64,000 nucleotides of DNA from an uncultured Gemmatimonadaceae bacterium (GCA_963790305.1 CAWBOC010000003.1:96001-160000), one strand, 5' to 3'; positions 42,528-53,141 are shown, numbered from the stretch's first letter. Translations and numbers: made by a program. Notes: generated from the sequence alone by a model not told the origin.

Positions 42528-43229
42528 ATGTACGGTCGGCTCTCGATTATAGCGGCGTTCTCGCTGATCGCCGCGCTCCCCGCGCATGCGCAGCTTTGCG
42601 CCGGGACGGCGTCATATACCACCGGCAGAATGCAAGTCGGCGGTCAGTTCCTCTCGAACGACGACTACTCGGCGTACGGCGTCGGTCTGAACGTTGGCAA
42701 TGCGCGCGGCGTGTACGGCGGCGTGCAGGTCGCCAACTACGACTACGATTTCATCAATGAATCGGGTCTGACGATCGGCGTCGGCGGTGGCTATCAGATG
42801 CGCCCCGCGAAGCAGGGCTTCCAGATCTGCCCGGTCGCGGCGCTTGGCATCGGCCTCGGCCCGGATAACATCGCCGGCAGCAACACCGACATGTCGACGT
42901 TCCAGTTCTCGGCCGGCGCGCTGATCGGTCTGGTCGCGCATCGCTCCGGGAACATGCAGATCATCCCGACGGGCGGTCTCTCGATCGTGAACTCGAAGTT
43001 CACGCTGTCCTCGCCGGGCGGCCAAAACGTCGAAGACAGCGAGACCTTCCTCGCCATTGATCTTGGCGCGGGGTTGGTCTTCAACTCGGTGTGGACGATT
43101 CGTCCGATGCTGAGCCTCCCGATGGGCGCCGATAACCGCGAGGAAAGCGTCTCGCTCGGCGTATCGTACAACTTCGGCAAGCGCGCGGCGTCGAAGCCAG
43201 CACGTCAGCCTGCTCGTCGTAGCCGCTAG
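42528..43229 (+). CDS. Outer membrane beta-barrel protein
   Basis: Signal peptide (AHA-QLC), amphipathic strands, GVSYNFG. Confidence 0.75.
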   Translation: MYGRLSIIAAFSLIAALPAHAQLCAGTASYTTGRMQVGGQFLSNDDYSAYGVGLNVGNARGVYGGVQVANYDYDFINESGLTIGVGGGYQMRPAKQGFQICPVAALGIGLGPDNIAGSNTDMSTFQFSAGALIGLVAHRSGNMQIIPTGGLSIVNSKFTLSSPGGQNVEDSETFLAIDLGAGLVFNSVWTIRPMLSLPMGADNREESVSLGVSYNFGKRAASKPARQPARRSR

Positions 43230-43245
43230 TCGCTCTGTTTCACGC

Positions 43246-43287
43246 GATGCCCCCGTCGGCCAGGCCGGCGGGGGCATCGTTTTTTTC
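43246..43287 (+). terminator. Rho-independent terminator
   Basis: gatgcccc..gtcggcc/ggccggc..ggggcatc stem followed by a T-run. Confidence 0.8.
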
Positions 43288-43292
43288 ATGAC

Positions 43293-44565
43293 CTAACGCG
43301 TGAGCGCCGCGAGCATCTTCGGATCGCTACGGATGGTCTCGTCCTCGAGCAGGTCGGGCCGCACCTCCGCGCCGGCGGCAACGAGCATCGCCACGACCTC
43401 ATGGTAGCGTTCGGCGGGGAGCCATCGGCTCCTCGCTCCATGCGTGGAGTGCCCAGACCAGCGGCGGTGTGCCCCAGGTCTCATCCTTCACATTGACGGG
43501 CGCGCCATGGCGCAGCAGGAGCCTAACGAGCTCGACGTGGGCGCCGAACGCGGCGACGTGCAGCCCCGTGTGCCCGCGGCCGAACGCGTCGATGCGAACC
43601 TCGGGCTCGACGCCATTCGCCAGGAAGAATTCCACGACCGCGGCGCGGCCGTAGCCGCATGCCATCGAGAAGGCGGTGCTCACCTGTGCGCTCGTTGTGC
43701 CCGGCTTCGGATTGCCGTCGGCGTCGAAGAATGATCGGACCAGATCGAGCCGGCCAACGCCGGCGGCTTCCACGAGATCGAGCCGTGCCACCCGGTCGGC
43801 GAGGTACGCGGCGGCCTCGGGTTGACCGTTGGCCAGGCACGCATTCACGGCTCCGGCGTCGAGACGAGCGCCGCGACGCAGGAGTATCTCCATGAGCTCC
43901 TGCTGGACGCCGGCTCGCTGCGGATGGACGCTCGTCGCGACGAGGCCGAGCGTCGTCGCCCCGCCGCCGTACATGTCGGCCTCTGCGTCGACCTCCGCGC
44001 CAGCATCGAGGAGCGTGGTCGCGACCGCGACCGCGTTGGTGGGGGTTCGCTGCCGGTAGTTCTCGACGCCATTGGCGCTAACGTAGTGCAGCAGCGTCGC
44101 CCGATGCTCGCGCGTAGACCGAGCGCGGATCAGGTCCGGGTCGTCGCGCAGCAGCCGGGCGAGCGTATCCAGATTGCCGGCGACGATAGCGTCCGCCGCG
44201 GCCTCATAGCTCGCGACCATCGAGCTCGTCGTCGCGAGCGCGTCGAGATGCTTCGCGAGCTTTGGCCAGCTCTCGAACCCGTGGGCGCGCGCAATGATGA
44301 ACTGCGCGTTCGCGAGCTGGCCACCCCGCGATAGCGTGTCGCGAGCGAACTGCTCGAGCTGGTCCGCATAACGAGCGATCCCCCTGCGGCTCTCCGCCCA
44401 CCCGTGGAGGCGGGCGATGGCTTCGATCCACTGCGCCGCCCAGGCGCGAAGCGCGCCCGAATCACCGGATTTGTGGGCTCGTACCAGGTCCTTCGCGCGC
44501 TTGCGGTACTGCTCGAGGCTGGGACGCGGCGGAAGGGGCAGGACATCCTGCGGGTTGGGATACAT
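43293..44565 (-). CDS. Ankyrin repeat protein with N-terminal LP.RPSLEQ..K.AK domain (frameshift near 43420)
   Basis: ATLLHYV, TGLHVAAFGAH and GTPPLVWA ankyrin repeats; AQFIIARAHGFESWPKL. Confidence 0.88.
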
Positions 44566-44768
44566 ACGAATCTCCTTTCAATGCGCGCCTGGAGTCCGCT
44601 GAGATCAGGCTGAAAGAAGGTTCGTTATGTTGGACGAGCTGTGGGTGGGCACTGCCCTTTCCGCGGACTGGATGCGCCCCTCGCGCTGCCGTCCAGTCTA
44701 CAGGGCGCCGGTCCCGGCCGGAAGCACTATCTTTGCCCGAATCGGGCAGCGCACAGGACCCGTAGGGA

Positions 44769-45467
44769 ATGAGACCTTCATCAGGCGGAGACGAGCCCAT
44801 GCTCGACGCGAGTCCACAGCGGCGAGGAAGACAGGAAGCCCCCACTCCCCCTGCTCCTCCTCAGGTGCCGGGAGACCAGCACGAGATTCACACCCTGGTG
44901 GGGCGGAGGCAGGAGATCGCGGCGCAGCTCGAGGCGCTGACGGAACGCCGCGAGGAAGTCGCCGACCAGCTTCACGGCGCCGAGGCGGCGGCTCGCCCTG
45001 GCCTCCTCGCGCGCCTGGGTGCGCTCGACGAGCGCATCGTCAAGCTCGAGCAGGAGATCCTGCAAGCGGACGATGCCATCGCGGCAGCCGTCTCGGCTGG
45101 CGTCGTTGCCCCGCCCTCGCCGGACGTGCTGATCGAGACGTCCGAGCAGCCGTGGGACATGTCCACGTTCAGCGAGGAGGCGGTGGCGGTCATCGCGGGC
45201 GAGGCGATTCTGTTCGTGCTGCTCGGGATCATTCTCTACCAGATCGGATGGAGGCGCGCGAGGTCGAGGTTCTCGCGCGGCGGGCCTGAGTCTTCGGGGC
45301 GAATCGACCAGCTGCAGAATTCCGTCGATGCGATCGCCGTCGAGGTCGAGCGGATCTCCGAAGGGCAGAGGTACGTGTCGAAGCTGCTGAACGAGGGCAC
45401 CCAGCCGGACGTCGTCGCGACAGGGGGGCAGGAAGAAGCTATTCCGGTGAGGCGCAAGGCGACCTGA
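44769..45467 (+). CDS. Hypothetical coiled-coil membrane protein
   Basis: Coiled coil, one TM helix, C-terminal VDAIAVEVERISEGQRYVSKLL; start uncertain. Confidence 0.7.
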   Translation: MRPSSGGDEPMLDASPQRRGRQEAPTPPAPPQVPGDQHEIHTLVGRRQEIAAQLEALTERREEVADQLHGAEAAARPGLLARLGALDERIVKLEQEILQADDAIAAAVSAGVVAPPSPDVLIETSEQPWDMSTFSEEAVAVIAGEAILFVLLGIILYQIGWRRARSRFSRGGPESSGRIDQLQNSVDAIAVEVERISEGQRYVSKLLNEGTQPDVVATGGQEEAIPVRRKAT

Positions 45468-45542
45468 GCGCCGTCGGTTGATCGGTGTTCGAGTTTGGTA
45501 ACGTCTCTTGCCTGCCCGCCTGACCAGGCGAGGATTGTCGGC

Positions 45543-46358
45543 ATGAGACCTCGCCTTCGTCTTCTCCCAGGCATAGGGGCGATTGCAGCGGCAATGTCTG
45601 CGTTCGCTCTGCCCGCGCAACGCGAGGGGGTTTCGATGACGTTCCTCGCCAACGAGGGCGTCATGCTCTCGGCTGGCGGCAAGAAAGTTCTCATCGATGC
45701 GCTCTTTCTGAAGTACGAGCGCGGCTACGCCGTTCCGGCTGACTCGACGCTCGCAGCGCTGCGGCGCGCGCGTCCCCCATTCGATTCGGTGGACCTGGTG
45801 CTCGTGACGCACCGGCACGGGGACCACTTTCACCCGGCGCCGGTCGCGGCGCATCTGAACGCCAATCCTCGTGCGACGCTCGTCTCCTCGCAGCAAGTGA
45901 TCGACAGTCTGCGCGGCTACGCTCCGGCCCGCGCCCTACCCGCCGAGCGACTCCTGGCGAGAACGATGAAAGCCGGCGCGAGGCGGCGCGATGTTTTGTC
46001 CGGAATCACCGTCGAGCTGCTCGGGCTTCCACACGGCGGCCATCCGCGCGTCGAGCACGTCGGCTACATTGTCGAGCTGGGAGGGCGACGCGTCCTCCAC
46101 GTGGGGGACGCCGACATCAGCGAGCAGACGTTCGCTCCTTTCCGCCTCGATACCGCCCGCATCGACGTGGCACTCCTGCCATCCTGGGCTGTGCTGAGCC
46201 GAGACGATCGCCGCGTGATCGAGCGCTGGATCCGTCCGCGCCAGGTCGTAGCATTTCATCTGGGAGAACGCGACGGCGGGAGAACCGAGCGTGCGGTCCG
46301 AGCCGCAATGCCAGGCGCCATCACCCTCGTACGCTCCCTCGAAACGCGAACGTGGTAG
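45543..46358 (+). CDS. MBL-fold metallo-hydrolase, secreted
   Basis: FLANEG, THRHGDH and LHVGD motifs. Confidence 0.87.
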   Translation: MRPRLRLLPGIGAIAAAMSAFALPAQREGVSMTFLANEGVMLSAGGKKVLIDALFLKYERGYAVPADSTLAALRRARPPFDSVDLVLVTHRHGDHFHPAPVAAHLNANPRATLVSSQQVIDSLRGYAPARALPAERLLARTMKAGARRRDVLSGITVELLGLPHGGHPRVEHVGYIVELGGRRVLHVGDADISEQTFAPFRLDTARIDVALLPSWAVLSRDDRRVIERWIRPRQVVAFHLGERDGGRTERAVRAAMPGAITLVRSLETRTW

Positions 46359-47186
46359 ATGCAAATATCTTCACGAAAGGAGACCGTCCTCATGCAGCGT
46401 CCGTGGTATACGACATTCGTGCTCGTCGCGGTCGCGGCGTTTCCAGCGGCTGCGCAAACCGCGTCCCATGCCGACACCCTCCGGCTGGAGGTGGGCTCCC
46501 CGCAGGTGAATGGGACGATCTACGCCCCACACGCTGCGCGGGTGCGGGTCCGCGTCGGCGAGGGCGATGGCCACCTAACGGCCGAGTGGACGAATGAGCT
46601 CACGCATGGCGATTCGGCGGGGCGCGCGGTGCATCGCTGGGTCACGAAAGGAACGCGGTTTCTGCCCAGTGGGGATACGGTGAGGTGGGAGATTCTCCAG
46701 ACGTATGACGCGCGCACGCTCGCGCCCCTCGCCTACACGGCGCGCTCGAGCGCAGGGACGTTCACGCGGCTGACGATGGATGGGCGTCGCGTGCGGGGGA
46801 CGCGGAAGGTATCGCCCGACTCGGCGGAGCGTGCCGTCGATCTCGTCGTCGACCGGCCCGGCTTCATTGCCTCGGCGTCCGACCTCATCCCACTTGCCGC
46901 GGGCGTCAAGGAAGGCGCGGTGATGACGGCGCCCATGTGGGGGCCCAACATGGCCGCTTCAGAGCTTCGCGTCTTCAGCGTGCTCGGCAGAGTTCCGGTG
47001 GATGTCGAGGGAACGCGGGTGACGGCGTGGAAGATCAACGAGCACCGGCACGCCGATCGCAAGCTGCTCGCGACCTGGTATATGACCGAAGACTCCCCCT
47101 ACATGGTCTACGGCGAGGTCGTACTGCCTAACGGGCAGCTCCAGCGGATGACGGAGGTCGCGATCCCAATGTCGGGAGCGCGCTAG
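46359..47186 (+). CDS. Secreted hypothetical protein
   Basis: Signal peptide after M at 46392; beta-rich sequence. Confidence 0.65.
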   Translation: MQISSRKETVLMQRPWYTTFVLVAVAAFPAAAQTASHADTLRLEVGSPQVNGTIYAPHAARVRVRVGEGDGHLTAEWTNELTHGDSAGRAVHRWVTKGTRFLPSGDTVRWEILQTYDARTLAPLAYTARSSAGTFTRLTMDGRRVRGTRKVSPDSAERAVDLVVDRPGFIASASDLIPLAAGVKEGAVMTAPMWGPNMAASELRVFSVLGRVPVDVEGTRVTAWKINEHRHADRKLLATWYMTEDSPYMVYGEVVLPNGQLQRMTEVAIPMSGAR

Positions 47187-47213
47187 GGCCACCAGAAGCT
47201 CGCGTTCCGCGTA

Positions 47214-47262
47214 ATACCTTGACATCCGACAACACAATTCATATTGTCGGATGACAAGGTAT
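47214..47262 (+). promoter_or_regulatory. Sigma70-type promoter within an inverted repeat (probable PadR operator)
   Basis: ATACCTTG.CATCCGACAA-N11-TTGTCGGATG.CAAGGTAT; TTGACA at 47219, 17 bp spacer, TATTGT. Confidence 0.7.
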
Positions 47263-47278
47263 CCACCGGAGCGTATTC

Positions 47279-47608
47279 ATGCCCAGCCGTGCCGACCTCC
47301 TCCAGGGAACCCTGGACCTCCTGATCCTCAAGGCGCTCGTCCTCGGCCCGCTCCACGGCTGGGGGATCTCGAAGCGCCTTCGTCAGATCTCGGGCAATGT
47401 GCTCGAGGTCGGCCAGGGTTCGCTCTACCCGGCTTTGTACCGACTCGAAGATCGGGGCTGGGTGACCGCGGAGTGGGGAACGAGCGACGAAGGACGCCGC
47501 GCGAAGGTGTATACCCTCACCCCCAATGGACGGCGCCAGCTCGCTGTCGAGCGGTCGTACTGGCGCCGCTTCTCCGCCGCCGTCGACGAAGTTCTGGCGG
47601 CAACGTAG
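47279..47608 (+). CDS. PadR family transcriptional regulator
   Basis: LLQGTLDLLILKAL, HGWGI, GSLYPALYRLE and RRAKVYTLT motifs. Confidence 0.93.
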   Translation: MPSRADLLQGTLDLLILKALVLGPLHGWGISKRLRQISGNVLEVGQGSLYPALYRLEDRGWVTAEWGTSDEGRRAKVYTLTPNGRRQLAVERSYWRRFSAAVDEVLAAT

Positions 47609-47614
47609 GCGGCG

Positions 47615-50215
47615 ATGAACTGGACGCGGCGCCTGGGGCGCCGACTCGACGCGTTGACGCGGGGCGACGACATCGACCGGGACGTCGACGAGGAGATGCG
47701 CCTCCACGTGGAGATGGAAGCCGCGGAGATCGCGCGGCTCGAGGGCGTGTCGCCGGACGAGGCGCGCCGGCGCGCCCTCGTCGCCTTCGGGGGCCTGACG
47801 CGGTACCAGGAAGAACACCGCAATGCCCGCGGAGTCGGGTTTGTCGAGCACACGGTCAGAGAGCTGCGGCAGGCCGTGCGCGGCCTCGCGCGCAGCCCCG
47901 CATTCACGCTCGCGGCGGTTGGCGTGCTGGCGCTGGGTATCGGGTCGACGACGGCGGTGTTCAGCGCCGTGAATGCCGTGCTCCGCAATCCCAATCACGA
48001 CGACCTCACCATCATCTTCTACCGCGGATTTCCCTCACTGTCCACGGTCGACTACCGCGCAATCGAGGAACAGCAGCGAAGCTTCTCCGCCGTCGGCGCG
48101 ATGCGACGCGGTGAGGCCGCCTTCCGTGCTCGCGGCGATCCGGAGCGCGTCCAGGTCGGCCGAGTGACGGCCGGGTTTTTCCGCGCGGTTGGCGTGCGCC
48201 CCGCCGCGGGTCGCCTGATCGAGGCGCGTGATGAGCCCGTGGGTGCCGACCGCGTCGCCGTGGTGAGCCACGCTCTCGCCGAGCGCGCGCTTGGCAACGC
48301 GGCGGCCGCGATCGGGCAGCAGGTCAGCCTCGACGGGTTCGCCCACACGGTCATTGGAGTGCTGCCGCCGAGTGACGAGCTCCTCCTACGGGCGGACATC
48401 TTCCCCGCCCTTCAGCTCGCGACGCCGGCGCGTCGCGGGCCATTCGGCATGTTGGTCGTCGCCCGCCTAACGCCTGGCACGACCTTCGAGTCCTCGACGC
48501 GCGACGTCAGCGCGATCAGCGACCGCGTCTTCCCACTGTGGTCGCCCGCGGGGGACCGGATGGCGCGCTACGAGGCCGTCCCCATCCGCACCGCCGCGCT
48601 CGCCACGCAGTCGCGCATGCTTCGCATCTTTGGCGCGGCAGTCGCGCTGGTGCTGCTCATCGGCGTCGCGAACGTCGCGAGCCTCATGCTGGTGCGAGCC
48701 ATCGGGCGCTCGCGCGAGGTGTCGCTGCGAGCAGTGCTCGGCGCCAGCCCCCTCCAGCTCGTGCGAATGTTCGTGACGGAGAGCGCCCTGCTCTGCCTGG
48801 CTGGTGCCGTCGTCGGCATCGCCGTGGGGTACTTCGCCCTTCGCGCGCTGGTCGAGGTCGGGCCGGCAATGCCGGGCCTCGCAGCGTCGAGCCTCGACGC
48901 CCGCGCCATGCTCTTCGCCGCGGCGGTCGCCGTCCTGGCGGGCATCGTGGTCGGTACCTACCCCGCGATCATGCTGCTGAGAAAGGGACATATCGGGCTG
49001 TCCGTCGGAGACCGCGCGATCGGAGGCGGGCGCGGCACGCGTATGCTTCGCAGCGGATTCGTCGTCGCCCAGTTCGCCCTGGCCCTGCCGCTTCTCGCCA
49101 TTTCGGGACTGCTGCTCTTGAGCTTCGTCCGGATGCAGCGGGTCGATCCCGGATTTGATCCCGGCAATCTCCTCACGGTCCGCGTCTCCCTTCCCACCGG
49201 GCAGTACGGCGACAGTACGGCCATCGCGGGGTACTGGGCGCGCGCATTGCCACGCGTCCGCGTGCTGGGGGGCGTCCGCGCGGTGGGGCTCGGCTCATCG
49301 ACGCCACCCGACGATTTCGGATCCAGCAACGACAACTTCAATCTCATCGACCGGCCAGCGGCGCCGGGCACGGCCGAGCCTAACGGCCCCTGGCCATTCG
49401 CCGACGCCGGGTACTTCGCGACCCTCGGCGTGCGGCTGCTCGAGGGCCGCATGTTCGCGCCGGGCGATACCGGCGTGGCGCCGGTGGCGCTGGTCAGCCG
49501 GTCGTGGGTTCGCAAGTACTACCCGCGCGAATCCGCGCTCGGGAAGACAATGGTGCGAGGCGGATGCACCGAGTGTCCGCTGACCACGGTCGTGGGCGTG
49601 GTCGATGACGTGCGCTACTCCGGACCCGCCGGACCGCTGGACGCAATGTACTCGCCCGTCTCGGAGAACGCACCGCGCACGCTCTTTCTGTACGTGAGGA
49701 CGGCAACGGCGCCTGACGAGCTCATCGGGCCGGTGCGGGAGGCATTGCGGTCGGTCGACCCCTCCGTGCCGCTGGATGATGCGATGTCGATGGACGACCG
49801 CCTCTACGCGTACGTGGCCCAGCCACGGCAGTGGGCGACCCTGCTCGGCACGTTCGCGGCGGCAGCGTTAGGTCTCGCCGCGGTGGGGGTATTCGGAATG
49901 CTCTCGTACATGGTGAGCACGCGGCGGCGCGAGATCGGCGTGCGAATGGCGATCGGCGCCGACCCTCGCCGGATCGTGCGCCTGGTCGTGAGCAGCGGGC
50001 TCGCGCACGCCGTCATCGGCTCGGCACTGGGGCTGGCGGCGGCGCTCATCGGCACCCGTGCCCTAACGAGCGTCCTGTACGATGTCAGCCCGGGTGATCC
50101 GTTCACAATGGGGCTGGCGACGCTCGCCCTGCTGGTCGTTGCCCTCTTTGCCTGCTGGCTGCCGGCGCGGCGCGCGGCCGCTATCGACCCGCTCGAGGCG
50201 ATTCGGCACGAATAG
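47615..50215 (+). CDS. ADOP-type duplicated ABC permease (MacB/FtsX domains)
   Basis: EEMRLHVEM prefix, LALGIG.TTAVFS, ANVASLML, RRREIGVRMAIGA and PARRAAAIDP motifs. Confidence 0.92.
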   Translation: MNWTRRLGRRLDALTRGDDIDRDVDEEMRLHVEMEAAEIARLEGVSPDEARRRALVAFGGLTRYQEEHRNARGVGFVEHTVRELRQAVRGLARSPAFTLAAVGVLALGIGSTTAVFSAVNAVLRNPNHDDLTIIFYRGFPSLSTVDYRAIEEQQRSFSAVGAMRRGEAAFRARGDPERVQVGRVTAGFFRAVGVRPAAGRLIEARDEPVGADRVAVVSHALAERALGNAAAAIGQQVSLDGFAHTVIGVLPPSDELLLRADIFPALQLATPARRGPFGMLVVARLTPGTTFESSTRDVSAISDRVFPLWSPAGDRMARYEAVPIRTAALATQSRMLRIFGAAVALVLLIGVANVASLMLVRAIGRSREVSLRAVLGASPLQLVRMFVTESALLCLAGAVVGIAVGYFALRALVEVGPAMPGLAASSLDARAMLFAAAVAVLAGIVVGTYPAIMLLRKGHIGLSVGDRAIGGGRGTRMLRSGFVVAQFALALPLLAISGLLLLSFVRMQRVDPGFDPGNLLTVRVSLPTGQYGDSTAIAGYWARALPRVRVLGGVRAVGLGSSTPPDDFGSSNDNFNLIDRPAAPGTAEPNGPWPFADAGYFATLGVRLLEGRMFAPGDTGVAPVALVSRSWVRKYYPRESALGKTMVRGGCTECPLTTVVGVVDDVRYSGPAGPLDAMYSPVSENAPRTLFLYVRTATAPDELIGPVREALRSVDPSVPLDDAMSMDDRLYAYVAQPRQWATLLGTFAAAALGLAAVGVFGMLSYMVSTRRREIGVRMAIGADPRRIVRLVVSSGLAHAVIGSALGLAAALIGTRALTSVLYDVSPGDPFTMGLATLALLVVALFACWLPARRAAAIDPLEAIRHE

Positions 50216-50313
50216 GCCGCTCCACGGCTCGGCGTGGCGCCCGCGGGTGCAAGGGGTCAGCTTTACGTTCGGCTACTCCGTCAGCCCACGCTCACCGGCA
50301 GGAGAGATCCCGC

Positions 50314-51774
50314 ATGCGGGAGCACTTCCCCGCTCACATTATCGGCGTCATGTGCGTCGCCACCGCGCTCGCATTCCCCGAGCGCGCGGGCGCGCAGACG
50401 CGCGACCTCGTCGACTACGTGGGGACGTACGAGTACCACGGAAGGACCACGCTCGAGGTTGTGGCGGCGCCAACCGCGACGGGCTCGCGGCTCGTCGCGG
50501 TGATCAAGGAAGCGAAGTATCCGCTCCAATTCCTGGGCGACGACCGGTTTCTCAATGGGGTGGGCGACACGATTCCCTTCGAGCGCGACGCGGAGGGATG
50601 GGTGCTCGCCTTTCGCGAGCGCGGGATCCGCTTCAGCCGGCTCGAGGACACGGTCACCAGATTCACGGCGGCGTCAGTCGTTCCGCGCCTGCCCGGGCGC
50701 GATGGGCGCGTCCCGCCGTATGCATACCGTCGGCCGGCCGACATGAGCGATGGGCTCGCTGTTGGCGACATTGCCGACGCAGGACTCACTCGTGCGCTGG
50801 CCGAGTCGCTGGGCGCGCGCATTCTCGACGGGAGGTACCCCGACGTCGACGCAGTGCTCGTGTATCGACGTGGGCGCCTGGTGCTCGAGGAATACTTCTA
50901 CGGCTACGACCACACGCGCCCACACCAGATGCGGTCGGCCACGAAGAGCGTCGTTTCCGCGCTCGTCGGGATCACGGTGGACCAGAAGAAGCTCGCGGGC
51001 GCGCGCGAGCGCGTGCTGCCGAGGCTGCCGTACGGCCCCGTGGCGGCCTACGCGCATCCCGATCCGCGGAAGGGAACGCTCACGTTAGGCGATCTCCTCA
51101 CGATGCGCTCGGGGCTCGCGTGCGACGACTGGGACGGAGGCTCGCCGGGCAACGAGAGCCGCGTGATCGAGCACGCAGACTGGGTGAAGGCCGTGATGGA
51201 CCTGCCCATGGCGGCCGAGCCGGGCAGCGTCGCGCGGTACTGCTCGGGTGGGGTCTTCGTGGCTGGGAGGATGGTCGAACGCGCAGTTAGTCAGCCGCTC
51301 CCGGTCTTCGCGCAACGATACCTCTTCGGCCCGCTCGGCATCCGCTCCACGGACGTGCGCTGGCCGTTCGTGCTCGACTCGTCGAACGTGGGGACATTCG
51401 CTCAACTGTCCATGCGGCCGCGCGACATGCTGAAGCTCGGCGTGCTCTTCCGCGATGGAGGGCGGTGGAAGGGCAAGCAAATCGTCTCACGCGACTGGGT
51501 GCAGCGATCCACCGCGGCGGCGACGCGAATGGGGAGCCGTGGGTACGGGTATTTCTGGTGGCGTCAGCCGTTCGATGTCGCGACATCCACGGGCACCCGG
51601 CGCATCGACGCGCTCAACGCGAGCGGGAACGGGGGGCAGAAGATCTACATCCTGCCTGAGCTGGACGCGGTGATCGTATTCACCGGCAGCGCGTACAACA
51701 ACGAGCACACGCCGCCCAACACGATCATGGAAGAATTGCTGTTGCCGGCACTCGTCAGGGGCCGTAACGAGTAG
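50314..51774 (+). CDS. Serine hydrolase (beta-lactamase family)
   Basis: SATKS (SxxK), LLTMRSG, YCS and GNGGQ motifs. Confidence 0.9.
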   Translation: MREHFPAHIIGVMCVATALAFPERAGAQTRDLVDYVGTYEYHGRTTLEVVAAPTATGSRLVAVIKEAKYPLQFLGDDRFLNGVGDTIPFERDAEGWVLAFRERGIRFSRLEDTVTRFTAASVVPRLPGRDGRVPPYAYRRPADMSDGLAVGDIADAGLTRALAESLGARILDGRYPDVDAVLVYRRGRLVLEEYFYGYDHTRPHQMRSATKSVVSALVGITVDQKKLAGARERVLPRLPYGPVAAYAHPDPRKGTLTLGDLLTMRSGLACDDWDGGSPGNESRVIEHADWVKAVMDLPMAAEPGSVARYCSGGVFVAGRMVERAVSQPLPVFAQRYLFGPLGIRSTDVRWPFVLDSSNVGTFAQLSMRPRDMLKLGVLFRDGGRWKGKQIVSRDWVQRSTAAATRMGSRGYGYFWWRQPFDVATSTGTRRIDALNASGNGGQKIYILPELDAVIVFTGSAYNNEHTPPNTIMEELLLPALVRGRNE

Positions 51775-51805
51775 GTGCTTCTCCTTCTGCCGCGATCGTC
51801 ACCGA

Positions 51806-52285
51806 TCAGGCGGTCCGCCCTAACGATTGGAACGGCGCGACAGTCAGTCGCGCGCGCCGCCTGATGATCGGCGCGCCGATCGCGAACACGGCCAGCGATG
51901 CGAGGGCCACCGTCCACCAGAAATTGATTCCGGGAACGCGGGTGGTGACCTCGGCGACGGCGGCGGCGATGAGGCCGAGGTACGAGTACGTCATCCACCA
52001 GTAGTGGCGTTCGACCCAGGTGGTGGCGGGCCGGCGCCTAACGGCCGGGATGACGCCGGCGGTGACGCTGGCAAGGCTCAGGATCGCGGCGATGTGGAAG
52101 GGTCCGAAGCTGCCGGTGAGCCGGTAGATCGCGAGCGCCGTCACGTTGAGCAGCACCATGCCGACGAAGTACGCCCAGCCGAGCTGGCGGTGGCTGCGTG
52201 TGCCCTTGGCGCGAAGGAGGATGGCGGCGCCAAGCGCGAGTGAGGCGACGGCGGCCACGGTGTGAACCCAGCCCAGAGTGTTCAT
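51806..52285 (-). CDS. DUF2306-like membrane protein
   Basis: KGTRSHRQLGWAY, FGPFH and H..WM..SYLGL motifs. Confidence 0.8.
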   Translation of the reverse strand: MNTLGWVHTVAAVASLALGAAILLRAKGTRSHRQLGWAYFVGMVLLNVTALAIYRLTGSFGPFHIAAILSLASVTAGVIPAVRRRPATTWVERHYWWMTYSYLGLIAAAVAEVTTRVPGINFWWTVALASLAVFAIGAPIIRRRARLTVAPFQSLGRTA

Positions 52286-52368
52286 GGGTAACAATACGAT
52301 GCTGACGCCCGAGAAGGGAAAGCGGCCTTCAGGCAAAGCGACAATTCTGGAGCTTCGAGCGTGACCCG

Positions 52369-52614
52369 TTAGGCCGGGATCGCGAGATGGCCGTTCAGCC
52401 GTTCCTCGCAGCTCCGATCGACGCGATCGTGGCGTGCGTGCTTCGCTTCGATTTCGGCGAAGCGCCCTTGCATCGAGGCCATGTCGGCAGCGAGCGTGTT
52501 GAGGTCGTCGTCTCCCATGTGCCGGCAGACGGGGCGAAGACGGCTCGCGATGTCGGCGGCGCGTGATTCTATCGATCTGCCGTGCGGGCTGGCGCGGCGG
52601 TCGGTGCGGGACAT
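52369..52614 (-). CDS. Small hypothetical protein
   Basis: AADIASRLRPVCRHM...L..DMA motif in an 81-aa ORF. Confidence 0.55.
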   Translation of the reverse strand: MSRTDRRASPHGRSIESRAADIASRLRPVCRHMGDDDLNTLAADMASMQGRFAEIEAKHARHDRVDRSCEERLNGHLAIPA

Positions 52615-52735
52615 TGGTAACGGCGTGAGCGACGGTTGGACAGCGGTTCGACAGCTCGCGGATGCGCAGGGTCCATGCCTCAGGCCACCCCTATCGTCAC
52701 TTAACCTCGTTGCGTACAAGGCGTTCGCTTTTCCG

Positions 52736-52999
52736 CTATCCCGGGAAGCGAGGCCACATGCCACTCTCTCCACGCTCGCGGACGAACAGCGCCTGTCGAC
52801 AGAGCTTGTGCAGTGCCTCGGCGGGGAGCTCCAGCCAATCTGGAGGGATGGGCGCGAGACGCCGTTTCTCCCAGGATGACTCGAACGCCAACCAGCCCTC
52901 AGCGAGCTCCGGCAGGACGGGACGCGTTCCGACTCGCGGATACACCTCCCACACCGCCCACCGTCGGCCCTGCAGATCGGTGAATTCCCTGTGCGCCAC
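52736..52999 (-). CDS. Small hypothetical protein (EFTD..G..W / GWL.FES..EKRRLAP family), copy 1
   Basis: GTG start with GAGGAG RBS; paralog of 53142-53420. Confidence 0.8.
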   Translation of the reverse strand: MAHREFTDLQGRRWAVWEVYPRVGTRPVLPELAEGWLAFESSWEKRRLAPIPPDWLELPAEALHKLCRQALFVRERGESGMWPRFPG

Positions 53000-53053
53000 G
53001 GCCTGGGCTCCTCGTGAGATCACCGAGCGAGGAAAACTGCACAATGGGTGCCT

Positions 53054-53075
53054 ATATGTGATGTAGATCACATTT
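53054..53075. promoter_or_regulatory. CRP/FNR-family binding site
   Basis: ATATGTGATGTAGATCACATTT, 20/22 identical to the CRP consensus AAATGTGATCTAGATCACATTT. Confidence 0.8.
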
Positions 53076-53141
53076 TGGCCGTGAGGGATAGGACGCGATT
53101 CGAGTGATGAGGCGCGTCGCTTGCGGACCCAGCGGCCCCCT

